The position numbers and the translations under genes were made by a program. Positions 53,896-64,000 of a stretch of 64,000 nucleotides of DNA are shown here, piece after piece (positions within the stretch are counted from its first letter, which is position 1; each line of letters starts with the position of its first letter). The stretch comes from Octopus sinensis (Eukaryota): assembly GCF_006345805.1 (NCBI RefSeq), contig NC_043011.1, positions 10,602,001 to 10,666,000 on the forward strand. The letters are read 5' to 3'. The notes below the pieces were generated by a model. That model worked only from the letters and a program-made list of their open reading frames with translations, was not told the DNA's origin and did no database searches.

Positions 53896-54432
53896 ACCAA
53901 GTGAAAGACACTAAACAATGAAAGTACTACGAATGCTGACCTTGTGGAACATCATATTCCCGCGAGGATGGTGTTTAAAGCCACAGTAATGAAGTCCAAC
54001 AACTGGAAACCATTCCAGTGTTGTCTCAATGATGCTCACTATGTTCTTTTCAAATTGATGCACTTCCGGCATTAACATAGCCATAAAAAAACAAATGAAG
54101 GGGGTCTTCTAATCAATTCGGGCTCATGCCATGTACTTTTTGCATAATTCAGCCTCACCCTGTTCACAATGAAGTGGTTGGCTGAGACAGAGACCTTGGG
54201 CAAACGCCACTATAACTCTACAAAAACAACACTGCTTTTAACAGATGTTTAATAATCCTGTTGGAAGGTGTTTGGGGAGTTAGCGTATGGATTAGCGGCA
54301 GACAAGTGACACAACAGAAGTTAGATTGGTCATCTATTGATCCTTTCTTTAGGACAATTGTTGTTCTACCGATGTGGAACCATCTAGTCTATTATTTCAG
54401 ATTGTTAAGAGAATGTTGAAATCTGTTACACA

Positions 54433-54433
54433 G

Positions 54434-54521
<88 letters not shown>

Positions 54522-54541
54522 GGATAGATAGATAGATAGAT

Positions 54542-54634
<93 letters not shown>

Positions 54635-54635
54635 C
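54433..54635. repeat. (GATA)n
   Basis: Direct reading. Confidence 0.95.
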
Positions 54636-57046
54636 CCAATATAGGTAGAATTAACAAAAAGTACTTGATTCAGTAAGAGATAGATTTCAATTTAATATAC
54701 AATTGAAAGAGCTATAAATGATTTCATGCTTTTATAATACTTTAACTCGGCTAAATTATAAAATACGACAGGTATCTCCAAGTAATCTTTCAGGCCCTGA
54801 TTATGCGTTATATATATTTTAAAAACAAAGGACGCCGGACAGTGAGAAAATAAGAAAAAAAAAACCTGGAAAAAAATGCGAAGAAGTTTGATGCAAAACA
54901 AAGAAGGAGAAGAGAGAAGCAAAAAGCTAAGATCTCCGTCCTCACTGATTGCAAAAACCTCAATTAATGCAGCTGGTTGTCAAAGTCCAAGAGACAGCAA
55001 CTCAATCCTGAGTCGGTGACATAGAAAAAAATATGTCCAAAGTCTACAAAACAGCAACTCAGTCCGGAGTCGGTGAAGTAATTTTTAAATCATTCAAATT
55101 TTACCATAGATCTAATTTCTGTAAAGCAATTATTTCTAATTCTCGCTAACATATAGTTTAGATATCAGGTATTATAAGAGCCTCACTTAATTAAATCAGT
55201 CTATTCACAATATCATCGATATATGTGTTTAGCCTTTATTTTTTAGATCCTCAGTCTCTCCTTCATTTCGTATTTAACGATTCCCACCTAGATTATAACT
55301 AATAGAATATCCTCACAGTTACAACACTCTTGTAATTAGTAGAACACCTCTACGCCGTTTCTTCGCGTGGACAAAGAAAATTCATTTACACATCTTTAAT
55401 TATAAATTACAAATGTTTCCGTACCATCTCCATTTGCAATGCCAGTTTACGCAAAAATTCTAAAAGAAAAATTACGTAATAGTTGCGGCTTCAGGCTTTG
55501 GAGAGGCACTTCCTTAGACTTGCATCAAAGGCGTCCTATTACATTGAGCGTCTATCAGACCTTGTTGTTAGGAAAGTACCGGGAGGAAATAAAAAAGAAA
55601 AAATTGTGTTTACGGGATGAGCTTGTAAGGAAGATATTATGTAGCGGCGGGAAATAATAGGAGGGAGAGGGGGAAGGAGGGGGGAGAAAACGAATAGAAG
55701 AAGGCGATAGAAATGTTGAAGGACATACATACAGGAGCGGGTGCAGAAAAGTTTCTGACTTCTGTAAAAGAAAATATAGGAGGATCCGTTGATTATGATT
55801 TTATTCAACATGTTCCCCTCTTCGAGTCACATATCTATTGCAACGGTCCTTCAGTTTTTCTAAGCCCTGTAAAGGAACTCGAAATGTTAGGTCTCCATTC
55901 AGGACTTTCGCGACACCCTTAAAGCCAGGAATTTTTCAGCACCCCCTCATATATATACATGCGCATATCTTTAATCTTACCTGTAATGGGTGTGTGTATA
56001 TATATGTGTGTGTGTGTATACATACACACGCGCTCATACACACACGAGCCATCTACTCAAACGTTCTTGAACACATACATGCATATACAAAAACGAACAT
56101 CCGTATACAAGTCATGATATATAACTAAGCAGTAACTTGAATATAGGCACACGAATCAGACGAGCTTCACATATACATTTGCGTACATTATATTTCTTCT
56201 CTCCTAAATAAATAGTTAAGCGACTGTTATAAGTGAACTGAATGAGGCCAGAATTTGATTAACAAAGCTGGAGGTATTGAATAAAATATCAAAAGCTGGA
56301 ATTTATTCAATAAAATAGATTTCTATTAAATAGAAAACACGTATTCGTGTACGAGCGATAAAGAAATAAAATAAAATCTGTTGGAGACAGTAAACATGGC
56401 GGAAATAAAGTTAATGTCTTTTTAAAATGATCAGTTGTGTATATTTAAAAGAGTAACTTTAATTTAATGTTAAATGCCGTATAACTTGCCTTGGATTACG
56501 TAAATATAATTGCTATATTTTATTTAGACGATGACATGCAAGTCGACGAATAAGTAGACAACTAAAGTGAAATAAAGAAACCTAGTTATAAGGATTTCAG
56601 TACGAACGAAGCACTCGTATATATCTATGACTGATATTAAAAGGATTCAGTCGTATGTAGCGCACAGCTGTAAATAGTTGTACAAGTGACAAATGTTTCG
56701 TAATAATGGTGGAGTAAATTCAGGTTAATCGTGGGTTCCGATGTTTAACACGACACTACTGCATTCAATTCTATCAAATCTACTTTCGAATAGGTAAGAA
56801 AATAAATACTCTCTGGTCAATATATATGGACAGCTAATATTAATGTTTCGTGTATCAGTTAGTAAAACCAATATTGACATAATCAAACAAGAAATTCTAA
56901 TATTACATCCCATTGATGGAGTTTAATTTAATTCTGATGAACAAAGGTGGGGATATAACCCTGAAATCTTTAAATTCAAAATAGAATGGGAATGATGCAA
57001 TAAGGAATAAGTGTTATCTTTGCAGCAGGATGGCAGTTCTAGGCAT

Positions 57047-57317
57047 TATTTAAGAGATGAGGAATTATGTACATTATTTACATTTAGCGGATATTTGTCC
57101 TCCTTTTGTTTGTTTCGGCTGATATACCTTCCAGCCTTCATCAGGTGTCTTGGGGAAATTTCAAACCTGGATTCTCATTCCTAAGGTATTTTTCGATGTT
57201 GTTTTCATTATTATTATAATTATTATTATTATTATTATTCAGGTTACTGCCTGGAATTGAACTCGGAATCTTGGGGTTAGTACCCCGCACTCTTAACCAC
57301 TACGCCATATGCTCGTG
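57047..57317 (-). mobile_element. Family A cassette (tRNA head 57240-57317, (AAT)n, HHR core 57112-57149 lacking the cleavage site) forming the PLE 3' end
   Basis: Collinear with 34987-35285; begins 26 nt after the GIY-YIG stop codon. Confidence 0.85.
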
Positions 57318-57343
57318 GTCAATTATGGAGTGAATTTTAGGGC

Positions 57344-57688
57344 TTATAAATCTAATATTCTCCTATCCTTCCTAAAAACCGGTTCCCATATGCTGTTCAT
57401 ATCTGTACTCGGTCTGCTTAGGAGGTTGTTGAGACCTAGCATATGTGCTGATGCTTTTAGTTTTCGCATTTTCCAGTGGTGTTCCTTGTCTATTATCTTA
57501 ACTTCATCCCACAGAGGGAGGTGGTCTCCATTTTTCCATACATGATCAGCTATAACCGATTTATCAATATCTCTCCGTGTCACAGCTTTGCGATGTTCCT
57601 CTACCCTTATTTTAAGGAGGCGGCATGTTTCGCCTTTATACAACCTACCACAGCTGCATGGGATGGAGTACACGCAGTTCTTGGTCAT
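57344..57688 (-). pseudogene. Penelope-like GIY-YIG endonuclease (ORF C-terminus)
   Basis: CVYSIPCSCGRLYKGETCRLLKIRVEEH..S.IADH..H...WDEVKII..E.HW..RK. Confidence 0.9.
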
Positions 57689-57689
57689 A

Positions 57690-57875
57690 TGGGAGTTTCA
57701 GGTTATCCTCTCTTCCGAAGTGGATTAACTCAAATTTGTCTTCGTTCTTTTCCGACCATTGGATGACAGCCAGTAGATCTGACTGAAGGCATGCCCGGTC
57801 ATCCAGTTCATTGATGACCTTGTGGATCTTGGAATCATCTGCAATGATTTTTGTTACTATGCTTGATGTCAGTAA
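57690..57875 (-). mobile_element. Small CR1-group RT fragment
   Basis: IADDSKI...LQSDL.AV.QWS..KFELIHFG. Confidence 0.7.
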
Positions 57876-57899
57876 TGTCATTGCTATAGAGGAAGAAAG

Positions 57900-59660
57900 G
57901 AAGTGGGCCTATTGACTTTGGCTGGGCTTGATTTCAGTGTCTTCCCGTTCTGGCATTGGTGTAGCTTTCAATGCCAAAATTTGGCACAAGTCCTTCCAGG
58001 ATCTTCCAGATGTATATTACTGCACACCTCTCCCACCTTCTCTCCAGGGAGTAGAACTTTAGCTGTTTCAGCCTTTCCCAGTAGCTGAGCAGTTGCAAAG
58101 AGACGATCTTCTTTGTGAATCTTCTCTGGATTACTTCAAGGTCCACTGTTAATTTTACACTGGTAGGTGACCATAGCTGTGAGCAGTAATCCAGGCGGCT
58201 GAGGACGAATGGCCGCCAGAGGACCATCATGGTTTCCTTATCTCTGGTTCTGAATGTTCTCAGGATCCATTAAGCCAGTCGTCTGCACTTTGTCGCGATC
58301 CTGGTAATGTGTACTTGAAAGAGGTATCATCACTTATGTTGATACCCAGGTCCCTCACTGATTTAGGCTCTGGGATTGAAATTCCCTGTGGACCAGTGTA
58401 CCCTGTAAGTTCCATATTCAGTTTCGGACGCTGGTAGCGCAGGGCTTGGAATTTTTCAGCATTAAACTGCATATTATTATCCTCAGCCCATCTGTAAATT
58501 GAGTCCAACACCTGCTGCAGATGTGCAATATCGCTGGAGTTCCGTATTTTCTGAGAGACTTTCGTATCATCTGCATAGCTTGCAGGGGGGGGGGTACCCG
58601 GGCACTTGAGAGCATATCTGAGAAGGCCACTATAAAAAGCAGAGGTCCCAAGACAGTGCTCTGTGGAACACGGCTCACTATTAGTGTTGTCATAGAGGTG
58701 GCTCCATTAGCCACTACAGCCTGACTTCTATCTTTCAGAAAGTCATGTAACCACTCTCCAAGTTTTCCAGCTATGCCGAGATCATACTTTGTCAAAAGCT
58801 TTTGCAAAATCAAGGTATATTACGTCCACATTTGATTTGTTGAGTAACTGCCTCAACACCCAGTCATAATGCTGGAAGAGCTGGGTCAGGCAGCTCCTAC
58901 CTGGTCGAAAGTCATGCTGTGTATCACTCAGCAAGTTATTTTCTTCAAAGAATGCGATTAGTTTCCCTCTGACTATCCGTTCCATGACTTTGCAGATGTG
59001 GGAAGTTAGAGAAATAGGCCTATAGTTTTTAGCATCTGCTCTGCTTCCCCCTTTATGGATTGGGCATATAATTCCCTCCTTCAGCTTGCTTGGCAGTTTG
59101 ACATTTGCAAGAAAGCTCTGGAAGAGAATCTGGAGGGATTTTGCCAGGGCATGCTTACACGATTTGAAGAGGATTGCTGGGAAACCATCAGGACCAGCAG
59201 TTGAGTTTGTGTCCACTTCATCTATGGCTAGTAGAATATCTTCTTCGCTAATATCGATGTATTCCATTGTAATTGCCTCGCTGGTTATAGGTGAGGCGGC
59301 AAAGAAGTCCACTGGTTCGTTCACTTGTCTGTGTTCCAACGGGGTAATAAAGACACTTTTGAACTGGTCATTCAGTACCTCACTAATCCTAGTTGGACTG
59401 TCTTTGAGGGAGCCATCCTTTTGGAAGAGGGGTCCTATCTTGCAGCGTACTGAGGCTGTTTCTTTCGCGTAATGAAAGAAGACCTTTGGGTTTGATTTAA
59501 TGTTTTTTATAAGCCAGGCTTCTTTGTCTGCTTTCTCTTTCACGTAGGATTGTTGCAGGCTTTTTTCAATCTCCATCAGTGTTGTTTTTAGGCAGGACCT
59601 TTCGCTACTTTGGGGATGTTGGTTGAGTCAATTTGCAACCTTCGTCCGTCGGCTCATGAC
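57900..59660 (-). mobile_element. CR1-group LINE ORF2 RT, frameshifted
   Basis: AGPDG, NYRPISLTSHICKVME, YLDFAKAFDKV, VPQSTVLGPLLF, YADDTK, LERRWERC. Confidence 0.92.
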
Positions 59661-59918
59661 CTGGAACACACAAAAATAAACAAGAGAGACAGACAGAAAC
59701 AAGGAAAATGTCCCTTGTATTTGAATGCTATGCAAATATTCTTTTAAAATACTTTTCTTTTAATTTTTCCAAAATTGAAATGTTTTCCATACTAAAAGTT
59801 GAAAAAAGTCTCAATCACTGAAACTGGTACAGAAATGTTTTTTTAGAAAAATATTTTAGCATTTTCAACCTTCACTTTTTTCCATATATGTCAACTCGTG
59901 TGCTCCTTTTCAGCCTTC

Positions 59919-59974
<56 letters not shown>

Positions 59975-60430
59975 CAAGATGGCGCCGAAGTAACAAGACG
60001 TGTGTTAATGTGTCTCTCCTAAAGTTTAAAAAGACCTTCAAGAGATCGATGTTATCAGAAGTGAAATTTGTCAGTAAAGCAAATATAAGTGAAAGTACAA
60101 GACACTGTATTTGAGAAGAATATTTTCGCTTTTGATATAGTATTTGTGACTAGAACATACCTCGCGTACATACATACCTAGCGAGCACATGTGTTGAAAG
60201 CACGTGTGTTACTTCCTGAAGTCAAAGTGAATTTTTGTCTGTGAAGCAACGACAAGGCACTGTAGTTTTGAGAAGTATATTTTCGCTTTTGGTGTCGTGT
60301 ATCTGCATATTTTGAAAATTTGCTGCCTAATACCAAATTGCTTAAGAAAATTTGAAACTTTTTGCATATACGAACATCGGAACTCTATTCTTTTCTTTTG
60401 TTTACAAAATACAAGTAAGGAATACAGGAA
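59975..60430 (+). promoter_or_regulatory. Possible LINE 5' end with YY1-like CAAGATGGCG and an internal duplication
   Basis: Motif begins immediately after (TA)n. 60060-60135 resembles 60226-60297. Confidence 0.35.
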
Positions 60431-60719
60431 TATCGAAGATCTGTCTTTTTATCTTTCTTTCTTTGTTTCTTTCTTCTAAAACGGAGTGAAAGGTAAGAAG
60501 AATATTTATTATTAGTGTTTCTCTCAACCAGAAGATAAAAAAAAAGCGAAAACAAACAAAAAAAACATTATTTATTATTATTAATAATCGACGCTCTTAC
60601 GGTTCTAAGATCGCCTAATAATACATAGATATAATCGCGATTATAGATATAAAAGATATAAAAATACGCGCTATTTCATCTTTAACACTTTTGTTTGTTT
60701 ATAGACTCGTATATTGATT

Positions 60720-61487
60720 CGTCCGTGGTACAGTTTCTCTCTCCCTCTCTCTCTCTCTCTCTCTGCCATCGTTTCTCTTTCTGCATCTCTCTCTCAGATC
60801 AACTTTCTCACATCTCACCCCCTCTCAGTTCCTCTACTTCACTCTTTCTCTCTTGTATCTATATCCCGCCCTCTCTCTTTTTCTCTCTGTTACTCTTCCT
60901 CCCTCTCTCTGCCTCTCTTCTCTCCGCTCCTTCACAGGTCAAACCCCTTTCCCTCTTCTCCTTCTATCCCCTTATTTCTTTCTCTAAACCACCCTCCCTG
61001 TCCTTTTACTACACTCTCTTGCACCTCTGTCGCAGCCCCTCTTTCCCTCTCCCCTTTTTTCCTACCTTTCCTCTCCCTGCTCCCTCTAAGGCTCACCCCC
61101 TTGTCTCTTTTTCCTCTCTCTGTCTCCTTCCCCCACACCACCCTCTCTGTCCCTTTACTTCACTCTCGTGTACCTTTATCCCGCCCTCTCTCTCCCTCTC
61201 CATTTTCCCTCTCCCCTTCTTTCCCTGCTCCCCCTAAGGTCCATCCTCTTGTCTCTCTTTTCCTCCCTGTCCCTTTACTTTCTCTCTACTACACCTCTAT
61301 CCCGCTCACTCTCCCTCTGTTGACCTGCCATTCTTTCTCGTTTCTCTCAGGACAAACCCCTCGTCTTTCTCTCTCTCTATCCCCCCCTGGCTTTTCTCCT
61401 TTCTCCTCTCCCTCTCAGGTCAACCATCCTATCTTTCCTTCTCTCCCTCTGTTCCTATATTTCACTCTCACTGTATCTCGGGCGAAA
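60720..61487 (+). repeat. Pyrimidine-rich degenerate ~150-bp repeats forming a leader to LINE ORF1
   Basis: Recurrent CAGGTCAAACCCC/AAGGTCCATCC and CCCTCTCTGTCCCTTTACTTCACTCTC blocks. Confidence 0.55.
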
Positions 61488-62389
61488 ATGTCAAGAAACT
61501 GGTCTGCGAGAGAGTTGCAACTGTTAATCCGCGCCTGGAAGATTGCAGAGGGCGACTCGCCAAACAATATCATTGCAGCGGCGCTGAAGAGCAATAATTT
61601 TTCAAGGACCACCGCCCAGATAGAGCGAAAGAAACGAGAATTTCTCCGGTCATACGCTCTAATCAGGCAACACATAGACACTCTGGACATCATCCTAGGA
61701 GGTGACTGCCCCAGTGAAGGCCAAAAGGATGAAGAAAACATCCAGGACCCAACAAAAGACAAAACCGAGGAACCTAGAACAAAGGGAAACAATGACACAT
61801 GTCCAGCTCCCAACACAACTGAAGACCAAAGAGGTGCGATGGCCGCAAAAAAAGAAAAACACCCTAAAACTGATGGGAAACAGGAGGTTAAAAGACAAGA
61901 AAATAAAAGCTAAAACAAACCCTGTTCAGAAAAAACAAAAGAACCCCAGCAAGAACTATAAGGGAAAAGGCAGAAACATCTGCAAATTCTACCTGAAGGG
62001 GGACTGCTGGTACGGCGTCGAAGGTGCGAACTGTCGCTTTGCACATCAGAAGCCCTACCAAAACCGCTCGGACACAAGACAAAAACCCCTCCCTCGGGGA
62101 GAACAAAAAGAAAAAGAAAAAGAAAAATATAAAAGAAGGAAAAATAGCGCACGGACCACTGAAAGACGATATGCAGATGTGGTTCGCGGTAACCCAACAA
62201 ATGACCAGCTTCACCCAGTTTGCTGAACGGCAAACGTTTTTGTGCATGGCACAAAAAATTGTTCAGCAGCTGACATGGCTACAAGCACAAAGCTGGAACT
62301 ACCACCACATAAGGCCACCACCAACAGATGCAGGATGGCCACCACTGACACCAACACCAAGACACACACCACAAAATTATTTCTACTGA
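61488..62389 (+). pseudogene. CR1-group LINE ORF1 with Myb/SANT-like N-terminus and CCCH finger (two frameshifts)
   Basis: MSRNWSARELQLLIRAW..IAAALKSNNFSRTTAQIERK; CKFYLKGDCWYGVEGANCRFAH. Confidence 0.65.
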
Positions 62390-64000
62390 ACGTAGGAGGG
62401 CTACTGCGCGGCAACTGTAAAAGGAAAATCTCATTCCTGAGAGAGCTTGTGACGTGCAATCAAGCTATATGCATGGCACTCACAGAAACGCATCTTGGAC
62501 CCGATATAGGGGATGCAGAAATACACATACCGCAATATGCAGTCATACGCTCAGATAGAAAAGGGAGGAGCCATGGTGGAGTTGCAATGTACATCCGAGA
62601 TGACCTCACGCCCCAGGTCCTGCTGTCATATTCAAACTCAGTGTGTGGCACTCAAATCGTACACATAAGACAACTGAATATCGTCATATGCACTACATAT
62701 CGCCCACCAGATGCTCAAAATCACCCAGGCATGTTTGAAGACTGCCTAGCATAAATAGAAGAAGTCCTCACCAACCTTGAACAACACAACAGTGTATTCT
62801 TCATGGGTGGCTTTAACTTCCCCAATGTGGAATGGCCTGGGGGCAGATACTCTCAGGGATGACACGCCATCAGCAGGCACAGGCAGAGTCCCTGCTCCAT
62901 CTCACAAATGCCTCTTTCATGGAGCAAATAGTTCTGCAACCAAAAAGGGCAGATAATATACTGGATCTCTGCTTCACAAACAATATGGATATTATCCATA
63001 ATGTTAAAGTGATGCCGACAATGATCTCGGATCACAACATAATAGAGCTGTCTATGTATGGACCAAAAGCCCCCGTAGACATACAGCCTATACGAAGCAT
63101 CCACCATCTCTCCAACTTAAACTTTCATAAAGCAAACTGGAAGTTGATTGAGAAAGAGATCCTCAAACAGGATTGGCCTAAATGTCTCTCTACACCGGAC
63201 GTTAACATGAAACACAAACACTTCATGTCCATAATACAAGCCATATGTGACAAATACGTCCCAGTGTACAGGGCCAGCACACACAAAAACAAAAACAGGA
63301 TCCCTAGAAAAAGGAGGATTCTTATGAGACGACGGAAAAGGATTGCGAACCGCCTGAGCAAGCACACCAAAAGTGGTGAGAAGTCTCGGCTCGAGCGAAT
63401 GATAGTGGAAATTGAGAAAAGTCTGCATCAATCCCATGAAAAGGAGAGAGCAGATAAAGAAGTTTGGGTAATAGAAAATAGAAAATCAAAGCCTAAAGCT
63501 TTCTTTAAGTTTGCCAAAGAGACAGCCACAGTGCACCAGAGAATAGGACCTCTCTTCCAAAAAGATGGATCTCTAACAGGAAATCCCACGAGGATAAGTC
63601 AAATACTGAACGAACAATTCCAAAGTGTGTTCACTACACCTCTGGGACACAGGCAAGTAAATAACCCAGAAGAATTCTTTGCCACTTTACCTGCGGCCAA
63701 AGAGGCAAAAATTGAGTACATTAACATTGAAGATGATGATATCACACTAGCCATAGATGAGATTGACACAAACTCAGCTGCTGGACCTGATGGGTTTCCA
63801 GCGATCCTGCTCAAATCGTGCAAACGAGCCCTTTCAAAACCGTTACAGCTTCTTTTTCAGAGCTTCCTCGCAAGTGGTAAGCTCCCAGTCAAATTGAAAG
63901 AGGGGGTAATATGCCCTATCCATAAGGGAGGTAGCAGAGCAGATGCTAAAAACTATAGGCCTATCTCTCTGACCTCACACATCAGCAAAGTCATGAAACG
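62360..64000 (+). pseudogene. CR1-group LINE ORF2 (APE + start of RT), with stops; runs off the window
   Basis: LLNVGGL, ALTETHL, RSDR..GGVAMY, YRPP, GFNFP, SDH, AGPDG, NYRPISLTSHISKV. Confidence 0.92.

Noticed and set aside
55713-55922. 69-aa ORF with faint integrase zinc-binding resemblance
   Set aside because: No Cys pair and no neighbouring domains.
56934-56975. CTGATGA..GAAA possible HHR
   Set aside because: Stem II is offset and there are no credible stems I or III.
60714-61487. N-terminal 258 aa of the 399-aa ORF
   Set aside because: It is stop-free only because the DNA is CT-rich; the plausible start is ATG 61488.

Overview
AT-rich, microsatellite-dense eukaryotic non-genic DNA. 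The SINE families, (TTAGGG)n motif and repeat content look like an octopus/cephalopod genome (inference). I found no intact host gene, rRNA, true tRNA or CRISPR array. The window is mostly decayed transposons: tRNA-derived SINEs, R4/Dong-like RLE LINEs next to (TAA)n arrays, two Tx1/L1-like LINEs, CR1-group LINEs, DD37D mariner, pogo, hAT, Helitron ends, a piggyBac MITE and Penelope-like (PLE) GIY-YIG fragments. The main signal is invisible to the ORF track. Reading by eye I find 16 type I hammerhead-ribozyme (HHR) motifs in 8 sequence families, with different but complementary stems around the same CTGANGA/GAAA core. They include (i) a non-coding element with a 480-nt monomer that starts at its own predicted HHR cleavage site and occurs as two differently permuted over-unit-length copies (retrozyme/circRNA signature); (ii) a PLE whose 3' end carries a tRNA-derived Pol III promoter, (AAT)n and an HHR, a cassette that also occurs alone like a SINE; (iii) four head-to-head fold-backs carrying an HHR on each strand. 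All RNA structures were folded by eye and have not been checked computationally or experimentally.
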